Made by a program: the position numbers and the translations under genes. 64,000 bases of DNA from a bacterium (GTDB lineage: Bacteria > Patescibacteriota > Saccharimonadia > CAILAD01 > GCA-016700035), in assembly GCA_020854115.1 (NCBI GenBank), contig JADZGC010000011.1:5057-69056 (forward strand). The letters run 5' to 3'. Positions 9,059 to 15,951 of the stretch are shown one piece after another; the first letter of the stretch is position 1; each line of letters opens with the position of its first letter. The notes below the pieces were generated by a model. It was not told where the DNA came from, did not search any database, and worked only from the letters and a program-made list of their open reading frames with translations.

Positions 9059-9460
9059 GTGCAGCCGAGTATGAAACATCGGATTTTTGATTATACGCGC
9101 TTAGCCTTTTGGGTAGGGCTGATTGCGACTATGTATGTGTGTGTGGCACTGATTGATATAAGTGCACGTAATACTACTCTGCGCGAACGAGCTGATCAGC
9201 TCGAAGAGGATACGGTGAGGCTAGAGACTGAGATCGAGATCTTGCAGGCGCAAATTACATACTTCAAGACAGATGAGTTTCAGGAGCGATTAGTGCGCGA
9301 GAAGCTCGGTTTACAAGCTCCAGGCGAGCAGGTTGTGATTGTTGGTCGAGGCGACAGCGAACTTGGCGCAGAAGCGAATAGGAAGAATGAAACGGCACTT
9401 CTGCCGGAGACATCGCACGTGGATGAATGGATGACATTTTTGTTTGGCGAAGCTGAGTAG
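9059..9460 (+). CDS. septum formation initiator-like protein (FtsB/DivIC/FtsL family)
   Basis: Single TM followed by a coiled coil (RERADQLEEDTVRLETEIEILQAQITYFKTDEFQERLVREKLGL). Start is ambiguous (GTG at 9059 or ATG at 9071). Confidence 0.6.
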   Translation: MQPSMKHRIFDYTRLAFWVGLIATMYVCVALIDISARNTTLRERADQLEEDTVRLETEIEILQAQITYFKTDEFQERLVREKLGLQAPGEQVVIVGRGDSELGAEANRKNETALLPETSHVDEWMTFLFGEAE

Positions 9461-9511
9461 CTTTCGATTTCTTGACCATTTCTCTATAACAGGATAGAAT
9501 ATACGTTGCGC

Positions 9512-9587
9512 CGCGGGGTGGAGCAGTTGGCAGCTCGTCAGGCTCATAACCTGAAGGTCGCTGGTTCGAGTCCAGCCCCCGCTACCA
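9512..9587 (+). tRNA. initiator tRNA-fMet (anticodon CAT)
   Basis: CGCGGGG 5' end with a C1-A72 mismatch. Three consecutive G-C pairs close the CTCATAA anticodon loop. CCA end. Confidence 0.9.
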
Positions 9588-9650
9588 GAAATGTACTTTT
9601 TCGGAAATCGTCGCCCGTATGGGCGGCTTTTTCCGAAAAAGTACATTTCT
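9588..9650. terminator. nested hairpin terminator within a perfect 20-bp inverted repeat
   Basis: GAAATGTACTTTTTCGGAAA ... TTTCCGAAAAAGTACATTTC arms enclose an inner CGCCCGTATGGGCGGC hairpin plus a T-tract. Lies between the tRNA and the convergent high-GC gene. Confidence 0.6.
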
Positions 9651-9739
9651 GGTGGAGCTGTTGAGACTTCTCTCGAACAAGAACCGAACGATCTGATGCG
9701 CAGGGCTGCGCCGAGAGGCACATTGCGCTCACAGCCCGA

Positions 9740-10426
9740 TCAGCACACGCTCACCGCAGGGTCGACGAACGGTGTTCCCACCAGCGATCCGGAGGTCTGC
9801 CCATTGTTGTAAAACGCGTCTGCAGACACGTAGAAGGTGTCGTTCCACGGGCTCGATGCGATTCGATACCACCATGTGTTGCCGTCCTGGACGCGGAACC
9901 CCTCGACCCGACACCTGATCTGCACGGTCGTGTACGCCGGGATGCTGGGCCCCTGTGTCCCGCCGGCGGTGAGATAGTCGGTCCAGGTCGCTGCATCTCC
10001 ACCGGTGGTCTCGGCGAACGTGCCCGGCGGAGACGGTGCGGCACTTGTGGTCGGTGACACCACCGTGGGCGGTGGGTTGGTAGACGCAGGCGGTCCTCCG
10101 GAGTTCGATGTCGTCGGGGATGGTGGCGGTCGCGGTGGGGCGACTGAGGTTGGCTTGGTGGATTGCGTCTCGCCGAGCGAAGTCGACGGCACGGCCTGCG
10201 TCGTTGAGGGACCGGGGGCGCTCGTCGGCCCAGCGACGACTGCTCCCCGAGACGTCGTCGGACGCGAGACCGGAGGTACCGCGCCGGTAGCCCGGTCCCT
10301 CACGTTCTGCTCTCCGCCGTCCGTAAGTACGAACGACAGGCCGGCGACGAGCAGCACGAACGCGACGGCGGCGAACGCAAACGCACCCCTCGGCCTTGAA
10401 TTTGTGACGGCGAACGACTTGAGCAA
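9740..10426 (-). CDS. secreted/membrane-anchored Pro/Thr-rich protein with C-terminal SH3b-like domain (island gene A)
   Basis: N-terminal TM (AFAFAAVAFVLLVAGLSFVL), PT-rich linker, and a C-terminal W/Y-rich domain (TTVQIRCRVEGFRVQDGNTWWYRIASSPWNDTFYVSADAF). GC-rich codons. Confidence 0.65.
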   Translation of the reverse strand: MLKSFAVTNSRPRGAFAFAAVAFVLLVAGLSFVLTDGGEQNVRDRATGAVPPVSRPTTSRGAVVAGPTSAPGPSTTQAVPSTSLGETQSTKPTSVAPPRPPPSPTTSNSGGPPASTNPPPTVVSPTTSAAPSPPGTFAETTGGDAATWTDYLTAGGTQGPSIPAYTTVQIRCRVEGFRVQDGNTWWYRIASSPWNDTFYVSADAFYNNGQTSGSLVGTPFVDPAVSVC

Positions 10427-10457
10427 GCTCTACGCTCCCTTGACACGTTCCGGACGC

Positions 10458-10799
10458 ATGCGCTCGTTCTACTGGAACCCCGACCCAGGGGAACGGGCAC
10501 TGATCGCGAGCGGCCTCTTCCCTTCGCTTCCGGCCGACGATCTAACCGAGCTCACCAAACACTTTTCCGATCAGCCAATCAGCTTCCTAGCCGATATCGC
10601 GAGCCATCACCTGACCCTTGTGCTGGGCGCTGAGATCGACGCCAACGACTTCCCGACGGTCCTTGCGAATGTGCGTCTCGGAGAGTACGACGACTTTGCC
10701 TCGGGATTGTCACTAGAGCAATTGATCTCAATTGGTGATTCGTATCGCAATTCCTACATCTATCAGAGCTACCTTTCCCTGGAGGGATCCGCATCATGA
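10458..10799 (+). CDS. hypothetical protein (island gene B, 113 aa)
   Basis: ATG at 10458 chosen. The 10005 extension overlaps gene A and looks like a high-GC artefact. Its stop overlaps the gene C start (ATGA). Confidence 0.5.
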   Translation: MRSFYWNPDPGERALIASGLFPSLPADDLTELTKHFSDQPISFLADIASHHLTLVLGAEIDANDFPTVLANVRLGEYDDFASGLSLEQLISIGDSYRNSYIYQSYLSLEGSAS

Positions 10800-11353
10800 C
10801 CGCTACCATGACGTACGCCGTCACTGCGTCCGCGACCACGACTCGCCTGCGTGCTATCGAATACCAGATTCGTTACTCGCTCAAGTCGATGGCTCAGATT
10901 GATAGCGACTACCTCGACCGCATAATTAGGGCCATTCGGATGCAGTTCTGTTCCGAAGTTTGGATCTACGCAGTTGATCCATTGAGCGGCGCCTGTGACC
11001 AGGCGGCACGATTGCGACTCGACTGGGAACGACATGAAGCCCTGAACATGGAAACCCCAACCATCGACCTTCGCGAAGCATACTACGGCAAGGAACTCGC
11101 GCCGACGCTTGAGGCGCTGATTGAGAGCTTCCTTGAAGGGCGTCGGCCCAATCATGAGATCGAGGTCCAACTGGGCGACATCATGCCGAAGTTCCGCAGC
11201 AATAAGGAGCTTCTCGATCGCACTCTCAGCGAACTTGGCTTCCGACTCTGTGACGCGCCGCCTTGGGCAGTAGGCGAAGTCGATTCAGAGGACGCCAAAG
11301 TGCTGCGCCTCGAGGAGATGTCTGGAGCACTGTATTGGGTCAAAGCAGGATGA
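10796..11353 (+). CDS. hypothetical protein (island gene C, 185 aa)
   Basis: Translationally coupled to gene B. Balanced amino-acid composition. No recognisable family. Confidence 0.55.
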   Translation: MTATMTYAVTASATTTRLRAIEYQIRYSLKSMAQIDSDYLDRIIRAIRMQFCSEVWIYAVDPLSGACDQAARLRLDWERHEALNMETPTIDLREAYYGKELAPTLEALIESFLEGRRPNHEIEVQLGDIMPKFRSNKELLDRTLSELGFRLCDAPPWAVGEVDSEDAKVLRLEEMSGALYWVKAG

Positions 11354-11549
11354 CGAGCCTGCTCCCGGGTCAAGCCAGCTGTTCGATTGACATTCTCCGC
11401 GGCTGTGGTACACTATAGAACTATGTTTCGAGGGCGGCTGCGGCGGCATTTGTAATGCGGATCTGCCGGAGCCGCGCTCGATCACGAAATCGAGACCGGA
11501 AGCACATCTGTGTGCTTTCGAGTAGTTCCGCGGCAGAAGGTGACCGGCC

Positions 11550-11768
11550 ATGGCAGGCTCGTCGCAAGCCGAGCAGTCTCGACGGGAGGTCGCAGTCCCC
11601 CTTGAGAGAATGCTCCACCGAGTTCGATCCGGAGAATCACCTCAAATGGAGGTTGAGACTCTCACGAGCGAACTGTGGGATTTGGCCCACCGGGCGTTTG
11701 GCATCAGCCAGTCTCCAGTCGACTCGTTTCGGGATCGGCTGGAGGAGATCGACGCACGACAGGCCTAG
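11550..11768 (+). CDS. small hypothetical protein (island gene D, 72 aa)
   Basis: GAAGGTGA RBS before ATG 11550. Acidic helical protein. Followed by a perfect 12-bp hairpin. Possible TTGACA/TACACT promoter at 11387-11414. Confidence 0.45.
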   Translation: MAGSSQAEQSRREVAVPLERMLHRVRSGESPQMEVETLTSELWDLAHRAFGISQSPVDSFRDRLEEIDARQA

Positions 11769-11775
11769 CAGAGGG

Positions 11776-11804
11776 TCCGACGAGTGCATGACGCACTCGT
11801 CGGA
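11776..11804. terminator. perfect 12-bp stem hairpin between convergent island genes D and E
   Basis: TCCGACGAGTGC-ATGAC-GCACTCGTCGGA. No U-tract, as is common for high-GC terminators. Confidence 0.4.
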
Positions 11805-11895
11805 CTCACACTTCCAATTACGGCAGGGCAGACCCTGGGGAGCAGGACGCCGCCAGGCGATCTCGGCGGGGACGGAATCTTGGCGTCAGTCATTT

Positions 11896-12501
11896 TCAGA
11901 TCAGTCCGCGGCGCTCTAGATCGTGCATCTCCCGAAGCAGTGCGACAACAAGCATGATCGCAACTAGCGCGTTGACCTTGGTGTACTGCGTATCGCAGAC
12001 ATGGTGGAGCGATGCGTGGCGGTTGTAGGCATCGGGCACTGCATCCCCGCGATTCGGCCAGAACGTGCCGAGTACCGGAGGAATACAACTCGTGATGAGG
12101 GCCGCCCGGAACATGTCTGAAGCGACTTCGCCAGGGTCCTGCACGAGAGATTCCGCCGCCTCGCGGAGCGTGTCGTATCCCATGTGCGCCTGGAGGATCG
12201 TGGTGACCAGCGCCGCAGCGAGTGCCTGACCCGAGGCGGTGTGGCCGGCTCGAATCGCTCCAGCCGCATCGGACGCGAATGGCACGAGTGGCGAGAAGCC
12301 GCCGGTGACCTCGCCAAGCAACCGATCGCAGGCATCGAGCAAGGGGAGCTCGGCAAGCGCATCGAGCGCCGTATCGCGGCAATCGATGCAGCCATGGTCA
12401 GTCTGCCGGAGTCGCTCCGCCCGGAGGACGGCTGGGACTACCAGGCGCTTGTGAGCGTCAACGGGGTCTCGGTCGGAGATGGTGACTCGTGGGTCAACCA
12501 C
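11896..12501 (-). CDS. hypothetical protein (island gene E; 5' extent uncertain)
   Basis: The minus ORF runs 11896..12816, but its upstream part is antisense to ORF F and Arg/Ala/Val-rich. The protein-like part covers at least 11896-12393. Possible starts are ATG 12183 and GTG 12501. No family recognised. Confidence 0.35.
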   Translation of the reverse strand: MVDPRVTISDRDPVDAHKRLVVPAVLRAERLRQTDHGCIDCRDTALDALAELPLLDACDRLLGEVTGGFSPLVPFASDAAGAIRAGHTASGQALAAALVTTILQAHMGYDTLREAAESLVQDPGEVASDMFRAALITSCIPPVLGTFWPNRGDAVPDAYNRHASLHHVCDTQYTKVNALVAIMLVVALLREMHDLERRGLI

Positions 12502-12756
12502 GCCGAACCGTTCGACGAACACTGCGAAGGCCGCGATGCTCAAGTTGTGTACGCCGTTCCGGCTGCCGACGGCGAACTGGTGGCCCTCGCTTACTACAAG
12601 TGGGGCTACTGGAACGTCAACCTCCGCTGGCGCGAGACGACCGACAGCTCGCCTGTCGCGACTCACGCCTCGGAGGAGTCGGCATCCGCCACCGAGCCTG
12701 TTGACATGGAGGACGCCTTGCAACGCCTCCAGGACAGATTCGGTCCGAACCGGTAA
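12394..12756 (+). CDS. hypothetical protein (island gene F, 120 aa)
   Basis: ATG 12394. Hand count on 12481-12660 gives GC3 about 78%, GC1 about 68%, GC2 about 45%, favouring this frame over the antisense ORF. Acidic C-terminus. The stop coincides with the GC drop. Confidence 0.4.
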   Translation: MVSLPESLRPEDGWDYQALVSVNGVSVGDGDSWVNHAEPFDEHCEGRDAQVVYAVPAADGELVALAYYKWGYWNVNLRWRETTDSSPVATHASEESASATEPVDMEDALQRLQDRFGPNR

Positions 12757-12964
12757 ACGACTATAACTATCCTTGAACCCAACAAGGTAAAAAATCTTGC
12801 AGGTAACTGCAAGCATGAAGCCTCAAGGTTTTGTGAGGGGAAGCTCATCGCGGTAGGCGAGCTAAAGTGTACGTTCCAATGCAAGGTGGAGTATGGCACA
12901 GAACCGTCCGGTTTCTCTCGAACCCGGGTCTGATCTGAAGAGATAAGACGAAGTTGAGAGATAC

Positions 12965-13033
12965 GCCCCAACCAACGCTTGCCGTCCAGGCAAGCTCCGA
13001 AAGGAGTAAAGATTGGTTGGGGCGTTTTTCTTT
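12965..13033 (+). terminator. structured element / terminator: 11-bp outer stem enclosing two hairpins, then a U-tract
   Basis: Outer stem GCCCCAACCAA...TTGGTTGGGGC. It encloses GCTTGCC-GTCCA-GGCAAGC and CTCC-GAAA-GGAG (GNRA tetraloop), followed by GTTTTTCTTT. Confidence 0.45.
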
Positions 13034-13616
13034 GTCTATCCTTGAGACCCTTTGCGCAAAGTGTGTGTCTCTTTTGCGATTGAGATGTGGTCGGCTTAGC
13101 TGCATCTATCGGATTGCGCGCTCGTGCAGATGACTTTGTCGATCAGGCATTTGATAATACTCTTGCTGGGCACATCGTAAACAGTATGAGTAATATTGAG
13201 GATGTAAATACTGGAGATGCTAACACCGATGGGGTGCCCGACAAGAATCAATCATCGGTCATGTCATTCTTGTTGCAGACACCTGGAACAGGTACTCGCA
13301 TGACGTTTGTTAGCTCCGGTTGCACCGATACGGCATGAGCAGATGCGATTGACGCACACATATTTTGATTATCTCCGTCACAAACGACCACTTGTCGCCG
13401 AAAACCCACGTATACATTACACATTTTGACATCACCTCAGGGTCGTAACCTTCCCAATCTTGCGCTACAAGATCTCATTTGTGATCGAGCGACAAGACAC
13501 GCGATAGGGCTAGATTTGTATCGTCCAATCTGGTATAACTACATAACGTGCAAGAGGGGAAATAGTGCTTCTCCTTTAGTCGTGCCGACAAGTACTTTAC
13601 ACTAAGATAGTCGTAT

Positions 13617-13693
13617 GGCTGCGTAGCTCAGTTGGTTAGAGCAATGGACTCATAAGCCAGAGGTCGGTGGTTCAAATCCACCCGCAGCCACCA
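13617..13693 (+). tRNA. tRNA-Met (anticodon CAT), elongator-type
   Basis: GGCTGCG acceptor stem pairs with CGCAGCC. CTCATAA anticodon loop. GGTGG-TTCAAAT-CCACC T-arm. CCA end. Anticodon stem has two non-WC pairs. Confidence 0.8.
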
Positions 13694-14064
13694 ACGAGAC
13701 AGCTTTAGAACCCCGGTCAATGGAACATTGGTCGGGGTTCTTGAGTTCTCGAACCAGTTCGTCGGCGAGGTCGGCGTGATGGTTATGGGCTGATCGACCG
13801 CTCGAGCTATACAGTTCATTCTGTGTAGCTCATCTTTTCTCGCGTTCCCAACCTGGGGGGTACGAGGATGTTTTTTATGCTTACAGTATATTGACAAAAT
13901 AATATATAAGTAGTAGAGTGATACATTAACTTCGGGTGTTGACGACTTACTAACCATAAGCAAACAGAGCCCGTCCGCCATAAGTTAATGTTCGTCTTTT
14001 GTCATCTAGGATTAATATATTGAGAGAGGTTAGAATGCGAAACAGGTATACGAAGGGGGGCATC

Positions 14065-15888
14065 ATGAAAAAAGTTTTGGGTTTGGCCGCAGTCATAGCG
14101 CTAGCTGTTGGCGTGCTTGCGCCTGTCTCGACTGAGGCGAGTGCAAATTTGATTGCCAATAATTCGTTTGAGACTGCCTCGGGCAATAGTGCTCCAAACT
14201 GGACTATAGGGACGTGGGGTACAAACACATCCACCGCCAGAATCATGACGTCTGGCTCACAGTCTGGTACGCGGTCTGGGCGCGTTACGATCTCGAGCTA
14301 CACGAACGGCGATGCCAAGTGGCGTTTTAAACCAGTCGTAGTCACTTCGGGCAAAACGTATACATTTAGTAATTGGTATAAGTCCAATGCTGTGACAGAG
14401 CTGGATGCGGAAGTCATTATGCAAGATGGTTCGACGCAGTATCTTTGGCTCGCAACCGTGCCGGCCAGCTCGGCCTGGAAGCAAAATGCGCTGACATTTA
14501 CAGCTCCCGTGAATGCAAAAAAGGTTTCGATTATACATATTTTGTACTCGACCGGATGGCTGCAGACCGACAATTACTCATTGATCGCTCAAGATGCGCC
14601 GTCGCCAACGACGACCGTTACGCCTCCAACTACCACGGTCACACCACCTACCACTACCCCACCCTCTCCGACGGTTGTGCCTCCGACTACCACTGTGCAG
14701 CCACCAGCACCATCGACTAATCTCATACCAAATGCATCAGTCGATGAGGGTGCGGCCAATGTGATTAATGGTTGGCTGGCAGGGTATTGGGGCTCACTGA
14801 CTGCGCAATTCACCACTCCGACGCAAGGTGCGCAATCTGGATCGCGCTATGCGCGAGTTGATGTTATTAACTATACTAGCGGTGATGCGAAATGGCTCAC
14901 ACCGGCAATTACTGTGACTGCTGGCAAAACCTATACATTCTCCAGCTACTATCGAGCCAACGTCTCTACGGCTGTTGACGTTGAAGTAACGTTCAATGAT
15001 GGGAGCGTGCAGTATGGCTGGCTTGGTGACACGCCTGCACAATCGACTTGGACGAAATTTACAGCACATTACCAAGCGCCTGCAAATGTAAAGTCAGTCC
15101 GCTTCTTCCACGTCATCAACAAAAACGGCTGGCTTGAAACCGATACCTATAGCCTAGTCGACTCTACGGCCACAACTCCACCTACTCCGCCTCCTGATCC
15201 TGGACATGCACCATTCTCGCGTCCACTGGTATCGATCGAATTTGATGATGGTTGGGCGAGTGCATATCAGTATGGTCTGCCGGCGGTCGAGAGCTTCGGC
15301 TGGAAGCCGACACAATACATCATCACCAATACTGTTTTGAATAACGACAACTATGGTGGTGCATACATGACCGCGGCACAGGTCAAAGACTGGAATGCTC
15401 GCGGTGATATCGGCAGTCATAGTCTCGACCATAGCCACATACCGACTTTGTCCTATGATCAAATAGTTGCGCAGCTGACTCAAAGTAAGTCATATCTCGA
15501 TAGCCTCCTTGGCGAGCCAACCAGCCTCTATGTGTCGCCTTATTGCGAATCAAGCGCTCAGGTGGTGAGTGTTGCTCGGGCGCTCTATCAGAGCGTACGA
15601 AACTGTGACAGCTACACCAACTATAAGGCGTCGTTTGATCGTTGGAACTTGCATAGCTTTATCATTCTCAGTACAACAACCGATACAGAGATCGTGCAAG
15701 CACTCAATAATGCTAAGGCTACCAATGGCTGGCTGATTCTTGTCTGGCACGAAGTTGCTGGAGATGACCCCTCGAAGCTGTATAGCGTGAGTCAGTCCAA
15801 GCTTCTGCGTCAGCTGCAGCTCGTAAAAGACAGCGGCATTCATGTAACGACTACGCAGGCAGCCCTCAACGAATCGCTGGGGCAGTAA
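14065..15888 (+). CDS. secreted protein: two CBM4/9-like carbohydrate-binding modules, PT-rich linker, polysaccharide deacetylase (CE4/NodB) domain
   Basis: Signal peptide from ATG 14065 (GAAGGGGGG RBS). Two repeats beginning NLI(A/P)N.SFE/VDEG. NodB motifs EFDDGW, HSLDHSH, VSPY. Confidence 0.75.
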   Translation: MKKVLGLAAVIALAVGVLAPVSTEASANLIANNSFETASGNSAPNWTIGTWGTNTSTARIMTSGSQSGTRSGRVTISSYTNGDAKWRFKPVVVTSGKTYTFSNWYKSNAVTELDAEVIMQDGSTQYLWLATVPASSAWKQNALTFTAPVNAKKVSIIHILYSTGWLQTDNYSLIAQDAPSPTTTVTPPTTTVTPPTTTPPSPTVVPPTTTVQPPAPSTNLIPNASVDEGAANVINGWLAGYWGSLTAQFTTPTQGAQSGSRYARVDVINYTSGDAKWLTPAITVTAGKTYTFSSYYRANVSTAVDVEVTFNDGSVQYGWLGDTPAQSTWTKFTAHYQAPANVKSVRFFHVINKNGWLETDTYSLVDSTATTPPTPPPDPGHAPFSRPLVSIEFDDGWASAYQYGLPAVESFGWKPTQYIITNTVLNNDNYGGAYMTAAQVKDWNARGDIGSHSLDHSHIPTLSYDQIVAQLTQSKSYLDSLLGEPTSLYVSPYCESSAQVVSVARALYQSVRNCDSYTNYKASFDRWNLHSFIILSTTTDTEIVQALNNAKATNGWLILVWHEVAGDDPSKLYSVSQSKLLRQLQLVKDSGIHVTTTQAALNESLGQ

Positions 15889-15951
15889 CCACTCATTCTA
15901 ATAGAATAAATACACCCTTTAGTGAGGTGTAGTTTGGTATATACTAATAGC

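Larger units (their letters stand above)
9650..12760. mobile_element. compositionally foreign high-GC genomic island; no integrase or recombinase seen
   Basis: Abrupt rise in GC and GC3 (by eye about 60-65% against about 50% background). Dense overlapping six-frame ORFs typical of high-GC DNA. Adjacent to tRNA-fMet. The 11-bp direct repeat TTCTCTCGAAC occurs at 9668-9678 and 12913-12923. Confidence 0.5.

Noticed and set aside
10005-10457. 5' extension of island gene B (ORF 10005..10799) overlapping gene A on the opposite strand
   Set aside because: The extension is Gly/Val/Asp-rich, mirror-image translation of gene A's Pro/Thr linker. A good ATG exists at 10458, and gene A is the better-supported frame there.
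11455-11919. 154-codon Arg-rich ORF overlapping island gene D
   Set aside because: Extreme Arg/Ser content (RSRARSRNRDRK...) typical of an out-of-frame reading of GC-rich DNA. Gene D in another frame has an RBS and a protein-like sequence.
12184-12393. N-terminal 70 codons of ORF 12184..12756
   Set aside because: Arg-rich (DRGDQRRSECLTRGG...), whereas the opposite-strand frame is protein-like here. ATG 12394 is taken as the likelier start of the plus-strand gene.
12700-12800. Duplicate of the tRNA-fMet 3' end at the right island boundary (classical attL/attR)
   Set aside because: No copy of the tRNA 3' half was found by eye. Only an 11-bp direct repeat offset from the tRNA was seen, reported as weak evidence.
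12800-13040. Possible RNase P, tmRNA, SRP or 6S RNA near the island edge
   Set aside because: Looked for the P4 GGAAAGUCCGG / ACAGAACCCGGCUUA words, the tmRNA tag-reading-frame and tRNA-like end, and the SRP domain IV consensus. Only fragmentary resemblances were found (ACAGAACC, a GNRA hairpin). Retained only as an unexplained structured element.
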